A stretch of 64,000 nt of DNA from Azolla caroliniana (Eukaryota; Plantae; Polypodiophyta): positions 1,178,001 to 1,242,000 of the forward strand of contig JBHGNT010000021.1 of assembly GCA_043228905.1 (NCBI GenBank), given 5' to 3'. Positions 25,223-38,170 of this stretch are shown one piece after another. The position numbers and the translations under genes were made by a program. The notes under the pieces were generated by a model. The model saw only the letters and a list, made by a program, of their open reading frames with translations. It was not told the origin of the DNA and searched no databases. Position 1 is the first letter of the stretch; each line of letters opens with the position of its first letter.

Positions 25223-25482
25223 TATGTATGTATGTATGTATGTATGTATGTATGTATGTATGTATGTATGTATGTATGTATGTATGTATGTATGTATGTA
25301 TGTATGTATGTATGTATGCATGCATGCATGTATGTATGTATGTATGCATGTATGTATGTATGTATGCATGTATGTATGCATGTATGTATGGATGTATGTA
25401 TGTATGTATGTATGTATGTATGTATGTATGTATGTATGTATGTATGTATGTATGTATGTATGTATGTATGCATGCATGCATA
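25223..25482. repeat. ~260-bp (TATG)n microsatellite with CATG variants
   Basis: Direct observation. Confidence 0.97.
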
Positions 25483-26329
25483 TTTCTTGAACATCACAAG
25501 GATTGATCGCGTGTATTTCTTGTTTAAGGACATGTAATCTTTATCATGTTTTCATTCTCACAAGTTAGTTGTTGCAAAGAAAAGGCAATTGCTTGAAAAA
25601 TCCATGTTCTCATAGAAGCGCGACATTTGTATTTCCAATAGTTGTGATCATATGTGGAAGTCTTAAACCCTTAGGATTTCTCGATCCAAGAATCTTTGCA
25701 TATGTAGCCTCTTGAAATTTTAGTTCATTATTAATCAAATATATAATATCCGGTAAAAATAGTTTTTGCATTTATAATATTATTTATTTCTGTGATGGAA
25801 GTTATCTTTGGAGATTTAGTCAATTTTTTAATATGCCAAATTTTTTTGTAACTCTTACAATGTTCAGAAGTTGTTGTAGTTTATGATCACGAATAACAAC
25901 TTATCAATTATAATTGATAAGTTGTTATTCATTATCATAAACAAAAAAAAAAACCTATCAAAGCAAAGAAAGTACAATAAAGCCATACCATTCTCTAAAT
26001 CAACAAGATGCATAGTCCAACCTCCAGAAAAAAGCCAGCAAAGGAGTTCGTAGTTTCTTTTTTTTGCACCAACTTGATGATAAATTCAATTGCTTCTTTT
26101 GCCACATCAACATTCCCATGAAGTTGGGCAAGATCTTAAAATAACCATCCATGATGATAAAGAAGGCTTATCAGGAAGCTTTTGCAACAAGTTAGTTGTT
26201 GTTTCGACGCCACATGACCTTTTGTCCTATGCCATGTTCACTCATCCCATAAGCATGAGAATGACCTTTTGTCCTACGCCACATCATTCAAGGATCTATG
26301 GCAATCACCAATAAACTGACATATTCTTT

Positions 26330-27680
26330 CATTCAACTATAATCCAATGGTATTGCCTGATCGAAACTTAATTTCCCAACCTCCAAATTCCCCCATTTAC
26401 TACAAGCATGCAATAATACAAGACCAATTATAGGGTAATTTGAAAATGGCATCATTTTTATAATTGATACAGTCTTATTGAAGAGACCAGCATTTTCATA
26501 AGTTTGCCCCATGGAAGTATAATGCTCTATGTTTGGAGAAATGCCCTATTTTCTTATCATGTTTTCAAAAAGCCTTTCGGCCTCGCACAACTTCCCCCAA
26601 CAACCACGTGCATTTAAAACACATATGAAGGTGACCTCATTTGGAGTGAGCCCCTCAATTTTCATATGTTCAATATTGGTATGTGTTGCACTAATACCTA
26701 ATTGTTCTTGTTGGGCATACCCTGCAATTAATGCATTCCATGTTACCACATTTCGTACTAGAAGCTCTTCAATCACTTCTTGTGCTTTTACAAGACATCC
26801 ACATTTCACATACATATCAACCAGCGCAGTGCCAAGCATAATATCTTATTCCAAAAACCCTTCCTGTAAATAACATGATGAATTTGTTTCCCCTTCTCTA
26901 TGGCTCCAGTACTCCCCACGTGCCTTCAAGATACAGATAAAAGTAACCATATCTGGAGAAATGCCCATACTTTGCATTTGTTCAAATGAATCGAGTGCTT
27001 TGTGGCCTTGTCCATGCTGGACATATGTTGTAATGAGTGCATTCCAAGCTATTCACATCTTGAAAAGCAAACTTTTCCAGCACTTCCTTGGTTGTCCCAG
27101 ACATACCACATTTGGCATACATGTTCATCAAAGTATTGCCAAATACCATCAAATCAGTATCCACCAGAGCCATATCCACAATCTCACTGTGAATTTCTTT
27201 TGCCTTGTCAATAGCTTCTACACTTCCACAAGCCTTCAAGATGTAAATCAAAGAAATTGTATTAGGAGACAAGCCCTCGCTTTGCATCCTTTCAAAACAA
27301 TTTAATACTTTATGACATTGCCCATGCTCAACATACCCTTGAATTAGTGTATTCCAAGTGACAACATCTCTAATAGGACACTCTTCCAACACTTTCTATG
27401 CTTGTGCAATCGTACCACATTTAGCATACATGTCAACTAGGGCATTACAAAGCATCACATCCTTCCCAAGAAATCCCCTACTCAAAATCACATGGTGACA
27501 GTGTTTGCCATTTTCTAGAGTGCCGATCCTACCACATGCCTTCGTAATAGAAAGAAATGTGATCACATCCAGAGAGAACCCTTCACTTTGCATCCGCTCA
27601 AAATATTTCAGTGTTATGTCCATGTTCAGTGTACCATGTGATTAGTGCAATCCAACTGACAACATTTCGACTAGGGAGCC
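26330..27680 (-). pseudogene. PLS-class PPR pseudogene
   Basis: Fragments in different frames carry ALVDMYAKCG, DVVTWNTLIQGY, PNEVTFICVLNA motifs, with stops and frameshifts between ORFs 27396..27623, 26982..27392 and 26546..26839. Confidence 0.85.
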
Positions 27681-28155
27681 CTTGTAGCTTATGCTATTCT
27701 CTTTTATTTATTTATTAAACTTTTTTGTATATACATGTAGATGTGTGGTATGATTGGACCTTCACTTTTCCCTTTTCTACCTTTGGCCACACCAAATCAC
27801 CACAACGGGATAAATTATGGTCATGCTCGTAACACCTCTAATTAAGGATACTATTGTCTACCATAAGATAGTAACTTGAAGGAAATCGGGCTCGGCCACA
27901 ACCGAGTCCCACAATGCGAATGGAAGACTAAACAGAAAGTTAACAATGCACTTCCACAATGAGATGACAGTGTTTACGTGGAAAACCTCAAAAGGCAAAA
28001 CCACGGGAGTTTGCAGACTCCGAATAGGATGACTATAGGGCAGAGATACTACAAAGTGAAACTCAAAGGTAATGACCTCGTGCTTTGTCTTCACGAGCCA
28101 GTAGTTACTGTAGAGAATATGCGGGATAATGCTTGGCCACAACAAAGACTGTTCA

Positions 28156-28220
<65 letters not shown>

Positions 28221-29001
28221 ACGCTCTGTACAACAGTTACACCAATTTACTCTTACGATGATCTGCGACCACACTCAATAGTGTTTGCCATAGGTCATAT
28301 TTATACTAATATGACTTTCGGGCTATTTACAAATATAGCCACAACAGGTTAACAGAAACATATTTACATCTATGTCCCTTCATCCGGTGAGAGATTCTCA
28401 TCGGGCTTGCGTCATCCGGTTCTCACCGGGTCTTCCTTGCCGAGTACTCATCATCCGGTTCTCACCGAGTTTGCGTTGTCGGGTACTCATATCCCATCCG
28501 GAGGGACCGAAATCCTAACAAACTCCCCCTTCACTCCGGCATGGGATGCCTCGTCAATCCGATCCTCTTCCTGCATGCATCTAGCTTGTCAGGTGTCAAC
28601 ACTTTGGTCAGCATATCTGACCCATTCTCCTCCGTGTGGATTTTCGTCAGCTCGAACTCCCAATCTTCTACTCGCTCCCGGATCCAATGGTACCTGCGCT
28701 GGATGTGCTTTGTCCTCGAATGATAGGCAACATTCTTTGCAAGGTGGATGGCACTCTGACTGTCACAGTAGAGCCGGTATTCCTCTTGCCGGATCCCTAG
28801 CTCTCCGATGAAGTCCTTCATCCATAGTATTTCCTTGTCGGCTTCCACAACTGCCACGTACTCCGCTTCCGTGGTTGACAACACAACCGTCTTCTGCAGC
28901 CTCGACTGCCACGAGACAGCTCCCCCTGCATATGTCATGACATATCTGGATGTTGACCGGTTGGTATCCGCATCAGCCGACATGTCTGAATCTGTGAATC
29001 C

Positions 29002-29817
29002 GTTGATGTTGCATTCTGCCTTGACTACCTCCAGAGATGCATCTACATCCAGTATTTCATGTTTCATTGTTGGAACCCTACATTGGTAGTTCCATTCCAA
29101 ATCGGGTTGCTCTAGCCCCACCTCCAGTTCAACTTGTTGATGGCCCAGAATTTGAAGTCAAAGCTATTTTGGACTCCAAGATAATACGTAAAAAGCTTTA
29201 TTATCATGTGGATTGGTTAGGATATACACCAAATGATCGTACTTGGGAGCCATTTGAGAACCTTGATAATGCCTCTGACTTGGTGGCTGAATTTCATCGC
29301 CAATATCCAGATAAGCCAAGTCTGAATTCATGCATTACGACTCATGGAAGTCGTCGTCAAAGGAGGGGGATGGTGTCATGTGTATACAAAACCCAATAAG
29401 CTTTATGGTGATTCGAACCCATGAACTCCTCAAAGAAGGCATACAACCCCATCCATTAGGATACATCATATTGTATATATTAAATAATAAATTCTATTAT
29501 ATCAATAGGAAATACATATAATAATATTATTGAAATGTCGCCACCTTGCATAGGCTAACGCATCATTGCCAAGGGGCATGCTTGCATGAATGCCAAGTGG
29601 CGATCATGTGTGTCTATGAGGTGGCGAGCATGCATGTATCCAAACCATGCTATATAAACATGTATTTGACTATTGATGAACCATTCTGGTTCAACGCCAG
29701 TCTTTGGCATATTCTTGTAAACATTACTCTCGTTATTAATACATTATCAAATTCTTCTTATCTCTCTCATATGTTTCGCTTCTCTTTCTCTTCTTCATTT
29801 TAAAACTTGTTCCTAAC
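29002..29817 (+). mobile_element. Ty3/Gypsy chromovirus 3' fragment (chromodomain, PPT, LTR) replacing the Copia interior
   Basis: ORF 29037..29399 has HPVFHVSLL..EFEVKAILDSK..YHVDWLGY..TWEP; PPT AAGGAGGGGGA at ~29360-29370; LTR starts TGTCATG at 29374. Confidence 0.85.
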
Positions 29818-30025
29818 TTTGGCCCTGACACTGGGGACTCCGATTTGACTATTGATGAACCATTCTAGTTCATCACCAGTCTTCAGCATATTCTTGTAAA
29901 CATTGCTCTCGTTGTTAATACATTATCAAATTCTTCTTATCTCTCTCATATCTTTCGCTTCTCATTCTCTTCTTCATTTTAAAACTTGTTCCTAACTTTG
30001 GCCCTGACACTGGGGACTCCGATTT
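29664..30025 (+). repeat. 179-bp tandem duplication across the Gypsy-LTR/Copia-gag junction
   Basis: Units start at 29664 and 29843, with ATTT microhomology at 29664, 29843 and 30022. Confidence 0.92.
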
Positions 30026-31914
30026 CGGTCTCTTCCCCAGTTATTGTCGACTTCCGTAACCAAGGCCTTCTGATCAGTTCCGGATTCCCGGTCCTTCTGG
30101 CGAGCTTCTTCATATAGAAAACTGTATTTTACCCTTGCTAGGGACAGGTGTTTTCCTTCCAACCTTGCATTGCCTAGAGTGACAACTATCGTCTCCCAAC
30201 TATCCGGGAGGGAACCGAGCAGCAGCAATGCGAGTACCTCGTCTGCTAGAGGCACTTCCAATGAGGTTGTTTGATTTATGAGCCCCTGGAATGCATTCAT
30301 GTGCTCCGTCATGCTAGAGCCATCTTGGTATCTAAGTCTCACTAACTTTCGGAATACCGAGACTCAATTTACGGCATTCTTGTTTTGAAACATGATGACT
30401 ATCTTCTCCCAGAGTTCATGAGCCTTACTCTCTTCATTGAAGTTGTTGTACAGCTCATGTCGATGAATCATCGAATGTAGGTTGTCGTCTTCATATGCAC
30501 ATTAATTCCCAAGTCGGTGCATCTATTTTGTTCGGCCATGCATCTCTAAACTGTACAGGAAGCCAAAGATCTTTGACCACCAACATGTCCCTCATCTTCA
30601 ACTTCCATACTGGGTAGTTGGAGTCGGTGATCTTGAACATGGCGCCGAATGAATCTTCCATTTTCCTTTGTTGTTCGCTCTAATACTAGATTGAATGAAA
30701 TCGGGCTCGGCCACAACCGAGTCCCACAATGCGAATGGAAGACTAAACTGAAAGTTAACAATGCACTTCCACAGAATGAGACGACACATTGTGTTTACGT
30801 GGAAAACCTCAAGAGGCAAAATCACGGGAGTTCGCAGACTCCGAACAAGATGATTATAAGGCAGAGGTACTACAAAGTGAGACTCTGTCTTTGCCAGCCG
30901 ACGGTTACAACAGAAACTTTTTCTATCTCTCTCTCCCTCTCTCTCAGTGTAACAATACAATTACTACAAGCATGACAATACACACTTGCCCTAATTATAT
31001 TTATACTCATATAACGTACGGACTATTTACAAATGTGGCCTCAACGGCCCCTAGGAAACGTATTTACATATCTGTCTCCCTTCCAGAGATTATACAAGAG
31101 ATATGTCTAAACAAACCTTTGTCCCAATAGAGACTTAAGGTTGTAAGCAGTAACCCTAGCATTGGACACCCATAAAGGAAGAAGAACAAGTAGAGACATG
31201 TGTTTTCCAAATGACGAGAATGGTACAATTCTCAAACATCTACGAAATTAGTTCTGAACGCCATCTTCCATCCAACATAAATATCATCAAGAACCACACA
31301 TTTTCAAGATCTTAGTAGCCATAAGCTTAAAGTCCAACCTTGGAATAGGACTATGAGGGTCACACCTAATATGTGTTGCCACGGAAAAGGAAGGCATTGA
31401 ATATGGTAAATGGATTAATCATTTGGTGTAACAACCTATGACATATAATTGATTGTGGATTGCATTCTTATTTTCATTATCATTGTGTTTCATGGAGATA
31501 TTCAAGCATCCATTGAATTTAGCTCATGTCACCCCCTTGGTTCATTATTAGATAGTTGGTTCTCAAGCCCTCAATGATCTACCAAGTTCATACTTTTCTC
31601 AAGCAAAAAAATCCATTTCATACTGAAGTACTTTTCTAGCAAATTAAATCAGCATACATCACATGCACAAACTCAAAAAAGCACCTATCTCAATTCAACC
31701 ATTTCTCCGGTTCATATTGAATTTGGGTATTATAAATATTGTATTTCTTCTCCACTTTTTATGTTTATTTCTACAGTAACCACCCTATAACTTGTATTCT
31801 ACACGATATGGACAATCAAGCATGAACATTGTGAACTAAGACAGTTATTCCACTTGAAAGTGCCAAGATTTATTCAACTATATAGACCATAGCATCAGCT
31901 TTGAGTCTTGTTTG

Positions 31915-32382
31915 CTTACAGCTGGTCAAGAGCTCACATATCCTTGTATACCATTCCGAAGTATAGCAGCATCAATCCTACCCTCAATTGTTAAAAACAC
32001 CATATTTTCCATACATATGATGTAGAGTAAAATAAGCACACATAAAAAATATGTACAGCCACCCACTTCGGAGGCATGACATAATAATTACACTACACGT
32101 TTAAAACACCATATTTTCCATACATACGAATAGATGTAGAGTAAAATAAGTGCGCATAAAAAATAGCCACCCACTTCGGAGGCATGACATAATAATTACA
32201 GCTGGTCAAGAGTTCACATATTCTTGTATACCATTCCAAAGTATAGCAGCTTCAATCCTACCCTCAATTGTTAAAAACACCATATTTTCTGTACATATGA
32301 ATAGATGTAGAGTAAAATAAGTGCGCATAAAAAATATGTACAGCCACCCACTTCAGAGGCATGACATAATAATTACACTACA
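31915..32382. repeat. Compound tandem duplication (A-B-B'-A-B) downstream of RER1
   Basis: gctggtcaagag at 31921 and 32201; agccacccacttc(g/a)gaggcatgacataataattaca occurs three times. Confidence 0.9.
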
Positions 32383-32677
32383 CATCTGATCATTGATCCT
32401 CTAGGATAATTTTTCTAGTATAGTACTGAAGTAATAAAAATTAATTATCAGGAAGAAACAGCAGCGACATAATACGCATAGTCCAGCCAGAAAGAGATGG
32501 AGATAAAAGAATGGATCCAAGAGCATGCATCTATATTGAAAGTCAATACAATTTACAAGAAACTTCCAAAGAATACATGTGGCAGTTTAGTAGCAAAGTT
32601 TTACTGGAATTGTGAGAAAAATCAAAAGACAATGTGCATGACACCCCATGTGAAGCTTCATTGGGAATAATTTGTAA

Positions 32678-35600
32678 TTAATCTCTCGAGGAACTGGCTT
32701 TGGCGGAAGATTTTCGCCCAGAATATCGCTGCAAAAGCAAAAGAACCAAAATTAATATCGCGTTGAAAACTTGTTTTGGGGAATTACCGAAAGACAACTT
32801 GGAACTTGGTTTTATTTCCCTAAATGCCCTGGTAAAACCCCAAAAAAAGGAATCCATTCTTGATGTATTTCCTCAAACATCACAAATAAATGACAATATG
32901 ACTATTCATTATTGCTCCAAATGGGGTTGACCAAGTGCATTTGGTAAGATAGCAAAAACTTACAAGCATTAGAAGAAATAAAGAACATCCCATATGTATA
33001 TCCCCACTTTTATCCCTTTCAAATGCGTATATCCCCACTTTTGTCATTTAAAAGAAGTGGTAACTTACCTGTTTACCAAAGGAAAATGGTACATATTTGT
33101 ATTTTATCATATGGCGTATTTGACGTTTCATTGTAAGAGCAAAGAGCACAATCCAGTAAAGCAGCAAAATTGGCCAGAATACCGGGACATCAAACATCGG
33201 AAAGAACGTCAAAACAAAGGCCACACAGAAGGCTTTTGTCAGAGCATACCTGTAAAATAACAATTAAGTTGAACGTTAACACAAAAGAAAATTTACTTAC
33301 ATGAAATGGTTAGAATCATTCACTAACGCAACTTGATCCCGAGTTGCCATGTTCTTTATAACCATTGCCTACAAATTAATACTCGAGTAGAAAATCTCAA
33401 TGTGAGGATATTCTTAAAGACTCTCTTCCTCTTTGCACTTACCATAATACATAATTGTGCAGTTTAATGGATACACTAATTCTTTTTGTACTCAACATAG
33501 TGCTGCAGCGGTCAGTTATTGTGCTTTATAACCATTTTAGATCCGTCGACAGCAAAGTAGTAAATATGGTGGACAAAAACAAGATAACAATGCAGACAAA
33601 TACTAGATTACAATGCAACAAGTACATAAACAGCACATCGAGCTAAAACTTCAGAGCGAAAAAGAATCAAATTAAATTCAGTAAAGGGGTGAAATAGCAA
33701 CAAACGCACGTATGTAACCTTCCAATATATGCAAGTACTCGAGAATCAACAACCTTACAGGAAACATGGAAAAGTGTACAAAAACAAATTCTTCAACTTA
33801 ACAATCCCGATGCTTGCATTTCACAATGCACATATGTACCACAGTGACCTCATGACTCGATAAAGGAAAATAGCCCCGGTGATCTTGGAGTCAAAATGTA
33901 ATAGGTATCCAATAAGGCCGTTCACCTTAGATTCCACTTCTTAGGAGTAAATATCATGGGGCAATTATTCCTTGTGAGATTGACCAGGTGACTACCCCTA
34001 GGATTAAGTTGACTGTATATATTTAGAGTGGTAGTGAGTAGACATGAAACTCTTGTACGTCAATACGGATTAAAAAATTGTAGATATTGTCATATAGCAT
34101 GGCTATTGAATCTACGGAGTGCATCTAACATGCACGTTTACTTTTCCTAGGTGCTCACATTAATAATCATGATGAATGAAACTTGATTTAAAATTTCCAG
34201 AAAAAATAGTTTTTAAAGATTACATTGCTAGAAACCTTGCTAAAGGTGGATTATTCAAAGCAGGTGCAATGGATAACTACAATAATATAGATGTAAGTTG
34301 TTCAAGCCATGCCTTCTTAAAAGATTAGAGGGGTTTACACAGCTCTTTCTTCACTACTAATCGCCAACATTTATGATACAAAATGGTCTGACATACAATC
34401 CATTGATCTGTGGGAACATTCTGTTTCCAGAGGATAATCCAAAAAATAATCCTAAAGAAGTACAACTACTAATGATAATTATTGCTCCATTTGAGCAGCT
34501 TTCAATACAACTTCCAGTAAATTAGGTGGGAGCTATTGACATGGCCTATAGCAATGAACTAGCCATGAATATATAAAAGAAAATTTGAAAGGTAGCAAAA
34601 TTTTTGGTATTCTAGGATTCTTACAGTGTAGGAGAGGTTTATGGGCTCCATTATCATGAAAAGAGCATTGCATCTCATGTTTATTGACAATCTCCTGGAT
34701 ACTGTCATGCTTCTCCTAATACATCACAGAAATTACTGTTCTGAGTGATATTTCTTAAATCAGAAATTAGGCTTCTGACTAGCAATTGTCTGATCAGAAA
34801 AGCACAATATAGACTATGAGGTCAGCAGCAAACTCCGAATCACCGTTAAGACATCATAGATTACAATGATTCCCGCGCAATGAGAAAGAGATAAATACAT
34901 GTAGTGGAAAGATTGCAAAGTCAGAATAATCCTGCAAAATGTTCAGAATACTTTATGTATCTGCTACAGGATTCCAATCAGAGATGGCAAGTCAATATCC
35001 TAAATCTGAGATAAGCATTAACATACCCCTCATGGTTCTACATAAGGTGATGATCCATATTCTCCTCACGTGATCACAAACAAATCATTCCAAACTACTA
35101 TAATCTAATATACGTACTACTTTTTCAATACTTATAGACTATCTATCCTGTACTACTCCATTTTAAACAGAATCGATTTTCCCTTCAGAAGCAGTATTAT
35201 ATCCTTTACCACTGTTACACAGAAAAGATCCATTACTTTTCTTGAGATAATCACTACAAGATCCGTCTTGTAACTAAGAACAGAAAAACAGCCACTATGA
35301 GCAGTGGCAGACATTCTGCAATAGCATAATTATTATAAACGGAGAATACTAATTTTATACTTAGAGCCGACTAGCAGATCTTTCAACTCCAGACACAAAA
35401 CCTCTCTCAGGAAATCCTTCCAAATAGCTATTTTAAACGGTAAAGATCCGTTTATTCAGCAAAGATGACATTGGCCGATCATTCGAAACAATGGATACTT
35501 GAAAAACTTCGTTTTTCCAGATCATTCCCTCAGATAGTACATAAAGGGAGAGTTCGTTACTTCAGAAGTGGTCAATATCAGATCCTTACACTACTACAAC

Positions 35601-36207
35601 TATATAGAACGGAAAATCACGAATGGTTTCTTCATATTCTTCCACACGCGATTACTAAACACGCTGAAGATTTCGAGATGTGATGTATGAGATCATTCCT
35701 TCCAGCTAATAACCAGTAAAGACAGAACATTTGTTTCCTCGGCATTTGGTAAAACCAATCCTTCCAAACTACTAGATGAGAGAGAAATGGCATGAGATTC
35801 AGATCTACATACCAGAACTTGAACTCAGGAAGGCGACGAATGAAAGGCTTGAATTCATCGCTTCCTTTCGAAGGAAGGGAAGGACCTTCAGTTTCCATGT
35901 CGATCTGAGGAGATAGGAAGCCGATGAGGAGGTTGAGGAGGTAGATGCCGAGGCCATAGGTGACAATATAGAAACCTTGAAGGAAGAAGACACGCATGCA
36001 GTAGATGAATGCGACGGCAACAGATGCAAGCCATCGAGGGATGGTGTGAGGAGTAGATCTGTCAAGAAAGATCTGGAATTTCCGGGCTTGCTCGCTTCTC
36101 CACTTCACGAACGGGCTTCCTCCGCCACCGATCAGATCTTCGCCAGACCATGGAGTAGGGGCTCCTCCTCCACCGCCGCCGCCGCCTAGTCCTGCAGCAG
36201 AATCCAT
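32678..36207 (-). CDS. RER1: Protein RER1 (Golgi-to-ER retrieval receptor), 208 aa; exons 36207-35813, 33249-33069, 32728-32678
   Basis: Rer1 motifs [79 protein letters not shown] junctions join in frame. Confidence 0.95.
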
Positions 36208-36296
36208 CGCTGAGCTCTTACTCTCGCTCTGTGTGTATCTCTCGACTGTGCAGCAGCGGAGGAAGGGAAACAGGCAGGCAGGTAGACAGGCAGCCT

Positions 36297-36360
36297 TAAC
36301 CCTAAAAACTTTGAAACCCTAAAAAAACTTCATAACCATCGATCTAAAAATGAGGCCCAA
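36297..36360. promoter_or_regulatory. Telo-box (AAACCCTAA) and site II-like (AGGCCCA) motifs in the RER1 promoter
   Basis: aaccctaa at ~36298, aaaccctaa at ~36314 and aggccca at ~36353, within 150 bp of the start codon; typical of plant housekeeping promoters. Confidence 0.5.
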
Positions 36361-36484
36361 TGTTTTCTTCTATTGCTGGCCGTCTCGTTTTCCTAATTTA
36401 TAAAATTAGCCCCATCGCCCAAACAACTTTGAATCCGTGTGTGTGTGTGTCTCTCTCTCTCTAACTATTTATCTCTCTCTCTCT

Positions 36485-38170
36485 TTTTTCTTTTTTATTT
36501 TGGTAAAAGCACACAATTATATTAACTGTATATAAAATCCACTTAGTTACAACACTTCTTCGTATCCTCTACCTATCATATGCCTATGTAGGGCGAGGGA
36601 CTTTCTGTAATGCTACTAAAAAACCTGAATATGCATTTGAGGAAATGATCCCCACATGCTCTAACATCCAAAAATTCCACTTGAGAATACCTTTAAGCTT
36701 CTTTATATAGGCTTTCACCCCATGTCTATTATCAAACATGAAAGCATTACGTATATTCCAATTGTGTTGTAGACCCCAATAACGTAAAAATTGGAACAAT
36801 ATCTCTATCTCATCATTTGATCCATTTTGAACATATTGAGAAAAACCCCATTGTTGAGCTCTCAAACAACAACGGGTTAAAACTTGCCAAATGTCCGATA
36901 AGTACTTCCAAATGGTACACGCTATAGGACATTTAATGAACCTCTGTGTACTATCCTCCAATGGAATAGTGCAAAAGAAACAAGTGCCAAACCCTAGTCC
37001 TCGTCTCTTTAAGGCCGAACCTGATGGGAGCCCACCAATCATGACTCTCCATATGAATACCTTTGCACGAAATGGTAGATGGGAATGCAAACCACGTTGT
37101 AATATTTTCCACCACCTTGCATCTGACTTATATACATTCCACAACTTCGTTGCTTTAGGAGATAGCCAAGATAATGATGCCATCGCATGATGATACAATA
37201 TATTTGTAGTGACCTGTAACAAGCGTGTACCATCTTGTAACCGCCAATCTACCCAAGGTGCAAAATTGGTTTTCAATGGCAAAGATCCTTGCAACAATGG
37301 TATATCATGTAATTTCTCCCAAATAAATCCATAATTTGGGGGAATACATAACCATCTCTTGGCATCTTCAAAATCTGACAACCTTTGAGATTCATTATCA
37401 ACCACAACTTCCAAATGTACAATCCCCAATCGAAATAAACGATTGAATTGAGATCTCAACTTCTCTTTCCCATGCCAAAACAACACTCGAGAAGAAACAA
37501 GCAATTCGTTCTGTAATGAATTACAATATTCTCAATCACTTGATGGTCCCCATTCAAAAAGAGATAATGCATCTTGCCACGATTTTACCAAATGTTGTCC
37601 ACATACATAATGTCAAATCTTTAGAGGAATACTTCCATTTAGTAGTGACCACCACGATGCTTGAATCTTTGTTTTCCCATGCACCAATCCTTCATGCTCA
37701 ATAAAATATTGCATCATAGATATCCATGGTTGATCTTGTTGACATATATCTCGTAATAATGTAAATCTACGAGCCATCAAATGCCTTTCCAAATCCAATA
37801 TTGTTGCACCACCTAACCTTTTAGGAGTAGCCAAATGGTCCCATGAAATCCATGTAACTCCCATCATTTCTCCGTTCCGCCACAACATGAACCAAATAGG
37901 TTGTAACATGCTTTGTAATGCCTTCTTAGTCTAGGGAAGTAAAGGCAAAAAATATAATAACATGGGTATCAAGATACATGCACCACTTTGAGTCGTACAT
38001 GAAAGGGCCATAATTGAGACTTGCAATACATAAATTTGTCCCTCAATTTACTACCAATCCAATCAATCAATTGAACATTTGTAACATCAATGCCCAATGG
38101 ATAACCCAAATGTCAATATTTTGAACCTTGTGTAATCACTGACCCTTGGCATCCCAAACATTCCAAATCA
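36485..38170 (-). mobile_element. 5'-truncated L1-like LINE (post-RT region and zf-RVT), poly(A)-like tail near 36485-36500
   Basis: ORF 36584..37504 has PFRAKVFIWR...CFFC...RFIKC..IW (zf-RVT). ORF 37613..37909 has WISWDHLATPKRLGG. Confidence 0.85.

Larger units (their letters stand above)
27877..31129 (-). mobile_element. Rearranged Ty1/Copia element: 5' LTR 30692-31129, degenerate Met-i PBS, gag relic to ~29995, RNase H 29001-28531, PPT, 3' LTR 27877-28520
   Basis: PBS TAGTATTAGAGC (cf. TGGTATCAGAGC); gag LALLLLGSLPDSWE; RNase H STTEAEYVA, CDSQSAIHLAKN, HSRTKHI; PPT AGGGGGAGTT. No TSD, and the two LTRs differ strongly in U3. Confidence 0.85.

Noticed and set aside
25045-25537. YVCM/HTYI repeat ORFs
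   Set aside because: Translations of the (TATG)n microsatellite.
28531-29121. Novel 196-aa fusion protein
   Set aside because: The N-terminal ~40 aa are antisense Gypsy integrase joined by chance to Copia RNase H.
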